Source: an uncultured bacterium (GTDB lineage: Bacteria > Patescibacteriota > Doudnabacteria > UBA920). Taken from it: 64,000 bases of DNA. The notes under the pieces are model-generated. The model was not told the DNA's origin. It ran no database searches and saw only the letters and a list, made by a program, of their open reading frames with translations. Shown here piece by piece: positions 10,303 through 18,137 of this stretch (positions within the stretch are counted from its first letter, which is position 1; each line of letters opens with the position of its first letter). The stretch is taken from assembly GCA_963749445.1 (NCBI GenBank), contig CAVVMJ010000003.1, forward strand, positions 64,715 to 128,714, in the 5' to 3' direction. The position numbers and the translations under genes are program-made.

Positions 10303-11172
10303 TTACTCGATGTTCGCTTGGTCCAGCGCCGTCAATATCTGCTTGGTCGCCATCAGCCAGTTGGAAGTGCAGGGTTGGACGTAAACGCCGCACATTTGCT
10401 CCAGGGTTTTGTCCTTATACCGGTTTTCCAGCAGACGGTCAAAATCCAAAATCCAGTTATCAAAAGACTTATAGGCGCGCAACTGGCTGCCGCCGATGCC
10501 ACTGCAATTTTTCCACTGGCAGTGTTCGCCCAAAGTGCTCTCGGCAAAGGAAATCGCCAAAATCAATTTCCAATGTTCCTGCTCGGCAATGAAGTCGGCT
10601 TCAGGCTCCAGGGGGGAATTTTTATCTTTCAGAAATTGATGCAGCTTGGCCTTGCGGTCAGCCATCTGATCTTGGGCGGCGGAACTGGCTAAATAATCTT
10701 TCAGCATGGCCAGCGGCGTATTGAACAACATATCATTGGAAACGGCCGGGTCGGAACTGGCCGGCACATTGCCCATAACAATAGGCGCGGAAACTTCGGC
10801 GGATTCAACCTGCGGCGCGGGCTGCAGATTTTCGGCCGCGCTCTGCGGCGTCCTTAAGGCATACCACATCCCGCCGCCAAAAGCCAATATCAGGGCTAAA
10901 ACCAGCGGCGCCAACTGGGGAATACGCCTGTAAATTCCGGAAAAATTAAATCCGCGTCTAAAAACCGGATCCGACCGGAACGGGACGTTAAAAGTTTGGG
11001 CAATATGCACGCTGACCGGCACCCCCCGCTTGGGCCTCTTCATCAGCCTAATGCCGTCCATCACCAATTTACTTGCCGGTATCGGCGGTTCATTTCGCTT
11101 GATCCTTACCAGTTTCGCGCAACGCGCCGCCGAATTTTTTATGCCGTCAAAATTTTGTTTTTTGTTAGCCAC
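10303..11172 (-). CDS. membrane-anchored hypothetical protein; the C-terminal domain may be a cell-wall hydrolase (glucosaminidase-like)
   Basis: TM helix at about aa 95-115; C-terminal LAISFAESTLGEHCQWKNCSGIGG resembles the AQAALESGWG-type lysozyme-like fold. Weak. Confidence 0.35.
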   Translation of the reverse strand: MANKKQNFDGIKNSAARCAKLVRIKRNEPPIPASKLVMDGIRLMKRPKRGVPVSVHIAQTFNVPFRSDPVFRRGFNFSGIYRRIPQLAPLVLALILAFGGGMWYALRTPQSAAENLQPAPQVESAEVSAPIVMGNVPASSDPAVSNDMLFNTPLAMLKDYLASSAAQDQMADRKAKLHQFLKDKNSPLEPEADFIAEQEHWKLILAISFAESTLGEHCQWKNCSGIGGSQLRAYKSFDNWILDFDRLLENRYKDKTLEQMCGVYVQPCTSNWLMATKQILTALDQANIE

Positions 11173-11268
11173 GCTGTCATTATAGCACCTTTCATAAAAT
11201 CAAAAAATTCCCACGCCGGTGGGAATTTTTTTGTTGGCAAACCAAGTTAAGGCAGGCAGAAAACTCAT

Positions 11269-12918
11269 TTATTGTATTTTTAAAATTCTTTTTATTTCAT
11301 CTACCAAAGACTTAATTCTAGGATTTGCCTGGCTCTGTCTTTCCAATTTAGCTAACGCCAGGTTCCTTCTGCTTTCATTAAGTTCTTTAGGGCCTATTCC
11401 TAATTGTAAGCTATCAATTAGCTCTCTCTTATCGCCGGTCTTGCCTTTTAAATTATTTTCCAAAAATGCTTCCATCTTAACCAGCTTTCGTCTGGCACTA
11501 TGTCTCCTGTACCAATAAGCGCCCGCTCCAACTGCCCCCGTTCCTATTGCATAAGGCGCAATATCTTTAGCCAGCCGTTCGTACTTTACCGGCTCGCGGA
11601 ATAAATGGGTGGTTGGCAGTTTCATGGTGTAATCTATTTCTTTCTTGAAAATTGTAAATACTTGCTCCGCCAACGAATTTAATTGGGTAGGCCTATCTAT
11701 TAAATCCGCCATCTGCATAATTATTTGACTCTCCGGTGAAATATTACTATTCCGATCAATTTTCATGCCGTAACTTTCCGGTTTAACTAATACCAAACTT
11801 ACCATCTTTTCTAAAACCCATTCGTAAGCCAAGGTATGCTTATCGCTTGCGTCAGAGGCGGTATTTTGAACCAACATCTCTGATAAAAGGTTGGATAAAG
11901 CGCTGGCCCTAAACTCTGAATACCTCAACTCAGTGAGCATGGCTACCGCTTCCGAACGGAAACTGGCTTTTATTCTAAAGTTTGTAATGCTTGCGGGGTC
12001 TTTTTTGTCTGCAATATTTGGCTGTAAATTCAACCCGTTCTTTAAAGCATAAATATGGCCTGATTCATGCGTAATTGCGCTCTGCTCAATTCTATCCGCG
12101 CTCACATCCTGATTTTTTATTTTTGATTTACACTTCGCGAACGCCACGCTTGCGGCAATCTTGGCTTCGGGTCCGGAGGAATTTTGTTTTATGGCGTTGA
12201 AGATAAACTCATCTGAATAATTAGATAAATCTTTTGTAGAACTGTCAGCTTCGCGAGATTCTGCCAACCTCTTCTCAAATATACCGGAAAAATATATGGC
12301 GTTGCCTCCATCGGTAAATACCGGCTCTTTTTCTGGGGGGACAGGGGCTTTGCCTAATAAATTTTCGTCAATCTCTACAACCGGAATATCTAAATCTTCC
12401 CCCCAATAATTTACCCTTTTGTGGCTGACACTTTTAATTCTAAAAAAGTTAACAATATTATCATTATATCGTTTTAAATTTTTATCGTTCGGTTGCCAAT
12501 CCACATGAAGGACACCGGCATAAACACCGTTATCACCTAAAAACTTTGGCATTTCGTAAGCAAACATCCGATCATAGTTTTCAGGTGAAAATTCCCCAAG
12601 TGTTGGCATATATTTTTTTATAGAATCAAAAAGCTTCTTTTTAAAAGCAAGAATTTTTTGTCGGGGTGCATCTGTATTAAGATACCTTTCAAAGTAGTCG
12701 TTTTGCCAATTAACAAATAAGCTAATAAGTTCTTGGACTCGAGGTGATATTTCCGGCCGACTTTCAAGCTCAAGGGTTCGTAGGTAATGAGCCGAATACT
12801 CTTCAATATAGGAAGAATAATTTTGGGATCCTGATTCTTGGGCGCTTAATTCTGGGCCAAAAACGTCAGATCCCGCGGCTAAAATTTTTAGAAAATCTCT
12901 TCGGTCAAATTCTGGCAT
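11269..12918 (-). CDS. hypothetical protein with twin-arginine signal and HExxH motif; putative secreted zinc metallopeptidase
   Basis: N-terminus MPEFDRRDFLKILAAGS is Tat-like (RRxFLK). THESGH at about aa 300. C-terminal TM and coiled coil. The gene is AT-rich. Confidence 0.4.
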   Translation of the reverse strand: MPEFDRRDFLKILAAGSDVFGPELSAQESGSQNYSSYIEEYSAHYLRTLELESRPEISPRVQELISLFVNWQNDYFERYLNTDAPRQKILAFKKKLFDSIKKYMPTLGEFSPENYDRMFAYEMPKFLGDNGVYAGVLHVDWQPNDKNLKRYNDNIVNFFRIKSVSHKRVNYWGEDLDIPVVEIDENLLGKAPVPPEKEPVFTDGGNAIYFSGIFEKRLAESREADSSTKDLSNYSDEFIFNAIKQNSSGPEAKIAASVAFAKCKSKIKNQDVSADRIEQSAITHESGHIYALKNGLNLQPNIADKKDPASITNFRIKASFRSEAVAMLTELRYSEFRASALSNLLSEMLVQNTASDASDKHTLAYEWVLEKMVSLVLVKPESYGMKIDRNSNISPESQIIMQMADLIDRPTQLNSLAEQVFTIFKKEIDYTMKLPTTHLFREPVKYERLAKDIAPYAIGTGAVGAGAYWYRRHSARRKLVKMEAFLENNLKGKTGDKRELIDSLQLGIGPKELNESRRNLALAKLERQSQANPRIKSLVDEIKRILKIQ

Positions 12919-13027
12919 AATACAATGCTAATGTTTTTTATATTATACAGCAATTTAGCTATATATAAAACATAAAATTCTTTACCTGCCTGCTTAAAAA
13001 ATCCAAAACCGCCCGAAAAAGGGCGGC

Positions 13028-13276
13028 CTAAGGTTTTATTCTGTTGATTAAATTTTCTTTCTTAATACGTGACCATTTCTTGACTTGGGTTTCCCGGCGT
13101 ATTGCTTCGGTTAAAGTATTAAAATTCTCGAAATAGACAATTGCCCTGCCACCGTGGACTTCAGTGTATCGTGCTCCTCGACCGGTATTATGTCGGCTTT
13201 CTCTTTGAGAAAGTTCGTTAGTACTGCCGCAGTATAAAGTTCCGTCAGAGCAACGAAAGATGTAGAAGTAAAACAT
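13028..13276 (-). CDS. GIY-YIG nuclease-family protein (UPF0213/YhbQ-like)
   Basis: MFYFYIFRCSDGTLYCGSTNEL..R...H...GARYT...IVYFENF...A..RE.Q.KKWSRIKKENLI. Start taken at the internal Met; the longer track ORF overlaps a structured spacer. Confidence 0.7.
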   Translation of the reverse strand: MFYFYIFRCSDGTLYCGSTNELSQRESRHNTGRGARYTEVHGGRAIVYFENFNTLTEAIRRETQVKKWSRIKKENLINRIKP

Positions 13277-13407
13277 ATTAGTTTCTCGACTCGTCTCTTC
13301 GCTCCTCACTCGAAACACTCGACTCGCTTCGAAGTTGGTGGATGGGTTGAGGCTCCAGCAGAACCGAAACCACGAGCGAGCTTTGACGTCAGTCAAAGCG
13401 AGTCGAG

Positions 13408-13482
13408 TGGTAGCGCTACAGGGAGTCGGACCCTGATTCTCAGCTTGAAAAGCTGATGTCCTAACCGTTAGACGATAGCGCC
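13408..13482 (-). tRNA. tRNA-Glu (anticodon UUC) with encoded CCA
   Basis: Reverse strand: GGCGCTA T C GTCT AACGGTTA GGAC A TCAGC TTTTCAA GCTGA GAAT CAGGG TCCGACT CCCTG TAGCGCT A CCA. The cloverleaf folds fully and the anticodon is TTC. The T-loop TCCGACT is atypical, with C at position 55. Confidence 0.8.
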
Positions 13483-13615
13483 GTATAAGTCATAAGTTGA
13501 AAGTATAAAGTTTCAAGTTGTCGGAACTTTTGATATTTTAACATAAATGTCTGATTTTTTCAAGGGTTTTCCCGGGGTGGCTAAACCTGTTATAATTACC
13601 GTGTAAGGACTGTTT

Positions 13616-14212
13616 ATGCTCAAAACCATATTTTTTGACTGCGACGGGGTGGTGATCTTAAGTAGGCAAAGATTTACGGACAAATTTGCCAAGGAATTTG
13701 ACGTGCCGTCCCAAAAAATCAAGCCGTTTTTTGAAGGCGAGTTTTTGCATTGCAAACTCGGGCGGGCGGACTTAAAGCAGGAACTGCAAAAATATCTGCC
13801 GGCCTGGGGATGGACAAAATCCGCGGACGAACTGCTCGCGTACTGGTTTGCCAACGAAAATTCAGCCGACAGACAACTGGTGGATTACATAAGGGGGCTG
13901 CGTGCCCGGGGCATCCGCTGCTTTTTGGCCGCCAACCAGGAAAAATACCGCTCGGAATATCTTTATTACCATTTGGCCTTAAGCACTATTTTTGATGATT
14001 TTTTCCCTTCCTACCGTGTCGGGTTTTTAAAGACCCAGCGGGAATTTTGGCAGGCGGTTTACAATTTTAACATGGGCAACAGCCGGCAAGTGCTGGCCGT
14101 GGATGACGATCCCGATGCCGTGGACGCCGCCAGGAAATTCGGCTTTTACGGCCATGCCTATACTACTTTTGACGGCCTGCAGGCTGAGGTGGAAAACCTG
14201 CTCAGGCTCTGA
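13616..14212 (+). CDS. HAD-superfamily hydrolase (subfamily IA)
   Basis: IFFDCDGVV motif I and downstream D/K motifs; 198 aa. Confidence 0.8.
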   Translation: MLKTIFFDCDGVVILSRQRFTDKFAKEFDVPSQKIKPFFEGEFLHCKLGRADLKQELQKYLPAWGWTKSADELLAYWFANENSADRQLVDYIRGLRARGIRCFLAANQEKYRSEYLYYHLALSTIFDDFFPSYRVGFLKTQREFWQAVYNFNMGNSRQVLAVDDDPDAVDAARKFGFYGHAYTTFDGLQAEVENLLRL

Positions 14213-14221
14213 TATAATGCT

Positions 14222-15295
14222 TTGATGCAACAAGCGCCGGGTAAAATTATTTTAGCTATTGAAACCAGCTGCGACGAAACGGCCGCGGCTGTTTTAAGCT
14301 TGCGCAACAATAAACATTGGCCAAGAATAAAAACCCTGTCTTCAATCGTTAAATCCCAAATCTCCATTCATAAATCATTCGGCGGCGTGGTGCCGGAAGC
14401 GGCCGCGCGGGCGCATGTTAAATATATCCGGTCGGTGGCAGAAAAAACGATTAACGATGCACAGTTAACGATTAACGACGTTGATTATATTGCCGTAACG
14501 GCCGGACCCGGCTTAGTTCCCTCGCTGATTGTGGGCGTGGAGTTTGCCAAAGGCCTGTCTTTCGCGCTCAATAAACCCATTATCCCGGTTAACCATATGC
14601 TCGGCCACTTGTATTCGCCGTTTGGTCGGCTAAACGCTAAACGCTATCCGCTAAACGCTAATTTATTTCCGATAATATCCCTGATAGTTTCCGGCGGCCA
14701 CACTATGCTGGTGTTGCAAAAAAATATCCGCGATTATAAAATTATTGGCCAAACCGTGGACGACGCGGCCGGCGAAGCGTTTGATAAAGTGGCCAAACTT
14801 TTAGGCCTGCCCTATCCGGGCGGGCCGGAAGTAAGCAAACTGGCGGAAAAAGGAAATCCTTTAGCCATTAATTTTCCGCGACCGATGATAAACGCGAAAA
14901 ATTATAATTTTTCTTTTTCCGGTTTAAAAACCGCGGTGCTGTATTATGTGCAGTCACTTAGCCCTAAACCCTTAGCCCTTAGCCCTAAAACAGACATTTG
15001 CGCCAGCTTCCAGCAGGCCGCGGTTGACGTGCTGGTATCCAAAACCCTGCGCGCCGCTAAAGAATTCAAAGCGCAATCAATATCCCTGTCCGGCGGCGTT
15101 TCCGCCAACCAGTTGCTTCGCAAGGAGTTAAAGGCCAAATGTCAAAAGTCAAATGTCAATTTCTTCGCCCCTCCCCGGCATCTAACCACGGACAACGCCG
15201 AAATGATAGGCCTGGCCGCCTGCTTTATGCTGCATAACGGCTACCGGCCCAGATCTTACAAAAACATTAAAGCCGACCCGAATTTGACATTGTAA
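14222..15295 (+). CDS. tsaD: tRNA N6-adenosine threonylcarbamoyltransferase TsaD (Kae1/Gcp), carrying three in-frame heptamer-repeat insertions
   Basis: ILAIETSCDETAAAV and a GH..GH metal site; 357 aa. Confidence 0.9.
   Translation: MMQQAPGKIILAIETSCDETAAAVLSLRNNKHWPRIKTLSSIVKSQISIHKSFGGVVPEAAARAHVKYIRSVAEKTINDAQLTINDVDYIAVTAGPGLVPSLIVGVEFAKGLSFALNKPIIPVNHMLGHLYSPFGRLNAKRYPLNANLFPIISLIVSGGHTMLVLQKNIRDYKIIGQTVDDAAGEAFDKVAKLLGLPYPGGPEVSKLAEKGNPLAINFPRPMINAKNYNFSFSGLKTAVLYYVQSLSPKPLALSPKTDICASFQQAAVDVLVSKTLRAAKEFKAQSISLSGGVSANQLLRKELKAKCQKSNVNFFAPPRHLTTDNAEMIGLAACFMLHNGYRPRSYKNIKADPNLTL
14630..14664. repeat. heptanucleotide repeat array (ctaaacg-like, 5 units) inside tsaD
   Basis: ctaaacgctaaacgctatccgctaaacgctaattt encodes LNAKRYPLNANL. 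Confidence 0.6.
14957..14991. repeat. heptanucleotide repeat array (cttagcc/ctaaacc, 5 units) inside tsaD
   Basis: cttagccctaaacccttagcccttagccctaaaac encodes SLSPKPLALSPKT. Confidence 0.6.
15136..15163. repeat. heptanucleotide repeat array (caaatgt-like, 4 units) inside tsaD
   Basis: caaatgtcaaaagtcaaatgtcaatttc. Confidence 0.55.
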
Positions 15296-15476
15296 ATAAA
15301 TTTGCTACACTTAATTTATGATCAAGTCCCGCTTACATTTTTTGGTTAATTTTTCTTCCTCCTCTACCAACCTCGGCTGCTGGCTTGGTTAATTTTTGAT
15401 TTTACAAAAATTACCTCGGCGAGCAGCCGAGGTTTTTGTTTATGGCCAGCTCGAAATTTCCATGGAGGAAATAATA

Positions 15477-16664
15477 GTGAGAATTCTTCTGTTAGAAGAC
15501 ATTGATCGTGTTGCCCGGCAAATGTTCCAAAAGGCTGGACACGAGGTCGTAGAGATCCGTCACGCTCTCGCACCCGGAGAGCTCGCGAAATATAAAGCGG
15601 ATGTCATAGGAGTCCGCTCTGGAACGCAGGTTACCGAGGAGGTTTTCCGCCATCATCCGCGGCTGGTTGTGGCCGCGTATTGCATCGGCACGGATAAAAT
15701 CGACTTGCAAGCCTGTGAAAACAATGGCTGCGTCACATTCCACGACCGATACAGCAACGGCCGAAGCGTTACCGAGCTTTGTATGTTCTACATCGGCATA
15801 CTGCTCCGCCAGCTGCTGATCAAGAACCGGCAAACACACGAAGGAATTTGGGACAAAAGGGCGAAGGATGCCCATGAGGTACGCGGCAAAAGGCTGGGAA
15901 TTATAGGCTATGGCAACATCGGCCAGCAGGTCGGCAGCCTTGCCGAAGCAATGGGAATGAAAGTGGGATTCTTTGACCTTGCGGAACGGCCAGCGTTGGG
16001 CAACGCGCGCAAATATTCCACCATGGACAAATTGCTCGCAAACTCCGACGTGGTAACCATTCACGTCGACGGTAGGGACGGAAACCGCAACCGGTTCGGG
16101 GTCGCCGAAATAGAAAAAATGAGGAAAAGAGCGTACTTCATAAACCTAAGCAGGGGCTTTGTAGTACACGAAGACGCTCTGGCGAAAGCGATCACCTCCG
16201 GGCATTTAGCCGGCGCCGCATTAGATGTACACCGCAACGAACCAAAGAATGGGGAAAAATTCCATAGCCCCCTACAGGGTTTGGACAATGTTATCCTCAC
16301 TTCCCATATCGGCGGCAGTACCAGAGAAGCTCAGCGCGCGATCGGAAAAGGCACGACCCAACGGGTATTGGACTATCTGGATAAAGGGTTCGTTCAGTTA
16401 AGCCCTAGTTTCCCGCAAAAGAGTTTTACCGACTCCTTGCTTCCAGGTACGGCCAGGATCATCTATATCCATTGGAACGAACCCGGCCAGATTGGCGCAG
16501 CCGGGAAAGTCCTGGCAAATCACCAGGCAAATATAGTTAATCCGCGTCTGTTGGTCAACGAACGAATTGGTTTTGCCGTCTTTGATGTCCAGGTATTAAA
16601 GACGGGCGGTATTGTGAGGGACCTGGAAAAACTGCCCGGCGCCATCCGGGCCAGGATTCTCTAA
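15477..16664 (+). CDS. serA: D-3-phosphoglycerate dehydrogenase-like 2-hydroxyacid dehydrogenase with a C-terminal ACT-like domain
   Basis: GKRLGIIGYGNIGQQVG NAD-binding motif and SHIGGST. GTG at 15477 follows RBS ggagga; the exact start is uncertain (the track ORF begins at 15396). Confidence 0.75.
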   Translation: MRILLLEDIDRVARQMFQKAGHEVVEIRHALAPGELAKYKADVIGVRSGTQVTEEVFRHHPRLVVAAYCIGTDKIDLQACENNGCVTFHDRYSNGRSVTELCMFYIGILLRQLLIKNRQTHEGIWDKRAKDAHEVRGKRLGIIGYGNIGQQVGSLAEAMGMKVGFFDLAERPALGNARKYSTMDKLLANSDVVTIHVDGRDGNRNRFGVAEIEKMRKRAYFINLSRGFVVHEDALAKAITSGHLAGAALDVHRNEPKNGEKFHSPLQGLDNVILTSHIGGSTREAQRAIGKGTTQRVLDYLDKGFVQLSPSFPQKSFTDSLLPGTARIIYIHWNEPGQIGAAGKVLANHQANIVNPRLLVNERIGFAVFDVQVLKTGGIVRDLEKLPGAIRARIL

Positions 16665-16684
16665 CCCGCAATGAATGGGGAGAC

Positions 16685-16830
16685 AGAGCCACGCGCCTTG
16701 CCTCCCCATCCCCCCTTTACACTTTTCGCTTTTCGCTTTAAACTTAGCTTAAGCTTATGTTCCGGCTGTCACCCGGAGGCTACACGAAGCCTTGGCGTAG
16801 TGTAGCGGAGCGCCGGAAGAAATTCATCGG
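16685..16830. repeat. GC-rich hairpin-mosaic element, intergenic copy A
   Basis: cctccccatcccccc, ccggctgtcacccgg, and gctacacgaagccttggcgtagtgtagc. It shares the core cgaagccttggcg with copy E at 50391. Confidence 0.5.
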
Positions 16831-16914
16831 CAGATGAAAAATAGACCCGGCCGGCAATCAACCGTTATCTGATAAAATTAAGCAAATTTGAGATGGTACC
16901 GCCCGCGAGGGCTC

Positions 16915-16942
16915 TCAACACCCTTTTTTGGGTGTTTTTATT
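16915..16942 (+). terminator. rho-independent terminator
   Basis: aacaccc-tttttt-gggtgtt followed by tttatttt. Confidence 0.55.
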
Positions 16943-16944
16943 TT

Positions 16945-17253
16945 ATGAATACCAAAAGTTTTTTATTGCACTTTTTTCATTTTGCGATTATCGTCGCTTG
17001 TTGGACTTCGCCTTTCTATTTGGCCTGGCAGATTATTTTTATATTGATTGTCTTTTATTATCTGCAAAATATATTTTTGGGCGGGTGTGTAATAAGCAAA
17101 TTGCAATTTGGAAATAATGACGAAACTATGTATTCTTATTTCCTTACTAAACTGAAAATTAATTACAACAAGAAAAAATTACGGTTTATTACCGACCACA
17201 TCTTCCCTTGGCTGATTTTACTCATTGCCTTGTGGTACCAAAAAATCTTATAG
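16945..17253 (+). CDS. small membrane protein (about 102 aa; DUF2784-like?)
   Basis: MNTKSFLLHFFHFAIIVACW...; three TM helices predicted. The family assignment is tentative. Confidence 0.45.
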   Translation: MNTKSFLLHFFHFAIIVACWTSPFYLAWQIIFILIVFYYLQNIFLGGCVISKLQFGNNDETMYSYFLTKLKINYNKKKLRFITDHIFPWLILLIALWYQKIL

Positions 17254-17262
17254 CTTAATATT

Positions 17263-18087
17263 ATGGCCAATATCATCACCAACAAAATAATTAGGCAGCT
17301 CTCTTTGCCCAAACCCAACTCCCATAAGCGGGACAACGGCAGACTTTTGATTGTGGCAGGGCTGGAACAAAAATATTTTGGCGCTTTGCTCTATTCCATA
17401 ATAACCGCTTCGCGCATAGCCGATTTGGTTTATTTAGTCACCGCGCCGGAAAATAAAAAGTTAATAGAAAAACTGCGGGTTGCCACGGCTGAATTTATGC
17501 CCATCCGCACGCTGGTAAGCGGACGCGCAACCAAAGATATTGACGCGATTTTAATAGGCCCAGGCATGGGAGCAACGGCCACAACCAAAAAATTAACATC
17601 CATAATCCTAAAATCCGGGCAAAAAGCCGTGCTGGACGCGGACGCTTTAAATGTACTTGATAATAAACTAAAAAAATATTTATCGCCGCTGAATATTTTA
17701 ACTCCGCACCACAGAGAATTTTATCGGCTATTTCATATAACACCAACCGCGGAAAACGCCTCAAAAATGGCCAAAAAATATCGCTGCACTATTATATTAA
17801 AAGGGCCGGCTGATGTTGTCGCCTCGCCTAACGGAAAAATTGCTTTAAATAAAACCGGAAACGCGGGGATGACCAAAGGCGGTACCGGCGATGTACTGGC
17901 CGGATTAATCGCCGCCATTTATACTACCAATGACGCATTTACATCCGCCGCGGCCGGAGTTTACCTCAACGGTGCGGCCGGCGATGATTTGCATAAAAAA
18001 GTCGGCACGTTTTATAACGCCGAGGATTTGGCGAATCAAATTCCCCACACTTTACATCAATTGATAAAAAAATCCCATATTTCTTAA
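17263..18087 (+). CDS. nnrD: ADP-dependent NAD(P)H-hydrate dehydratase (YjeF C-terminal / carbohydrate kinase-like)
   Basis: SHKRDNGRLLIVAG, IGPGMG, DADALN, GNAGMTKGGTGDVLAGLIAA. Confidence 0.8.
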   Translation: MANIITNKIIRQLSLPKPNSHKRDNGRLLIVAGLEQKYFGALLYSIITASRIADLVYLVTAPENKKLIEKLRVATAEFMPIRTLVSGRATKDIDAILIGPGMGATATTKKLTSIILKSGQKAVLDADALNVLDNKLKKYLSPLNILTPHHREFYRLFHITPTAENASKMAKKYRCTIILKGPADVVASPNGKIALNKTGNAGMTKGGTGDVLAGLIAAIYTTNDAFTSAAAGVYLNGAAGDDLHKKVGTFYNAEDLANQIPHTLHQLIKKSHIS

Positions 18088-18110
18088 AATCACGGCCGTG
18101 ATTTTAAGAA
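18087..18110 (+). terminator. terminator hairpin after nnrD
   Basis: aaaatcacggccgtgatttt. Confidence 0.5.
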
Positions 18111-18137
18111 ATAACGTAATTTTATGATTGAAATTTT

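Noticed and set aside
13277-13396. N-terminal 40-aa extension of the GIY-YIG ORF (MTDVKARSWF...)
   Set aside because: It overlaps a strongly structured, repeat-containing spacer next to the tRNA and lacks the family alignment. The conserved protein begins at MFYFYIF.
15368-15440. Alternative hairpins (cctcggctgct / cctcggcgagcagccgagg + T-run) upstream of serA as a possible attenuator
   Set aside because: Both alternative pairings end in the same U-tract and would both terminate. There is no leader peptide or clear anti-terminator logic. It is probably just the tsaD terminator.
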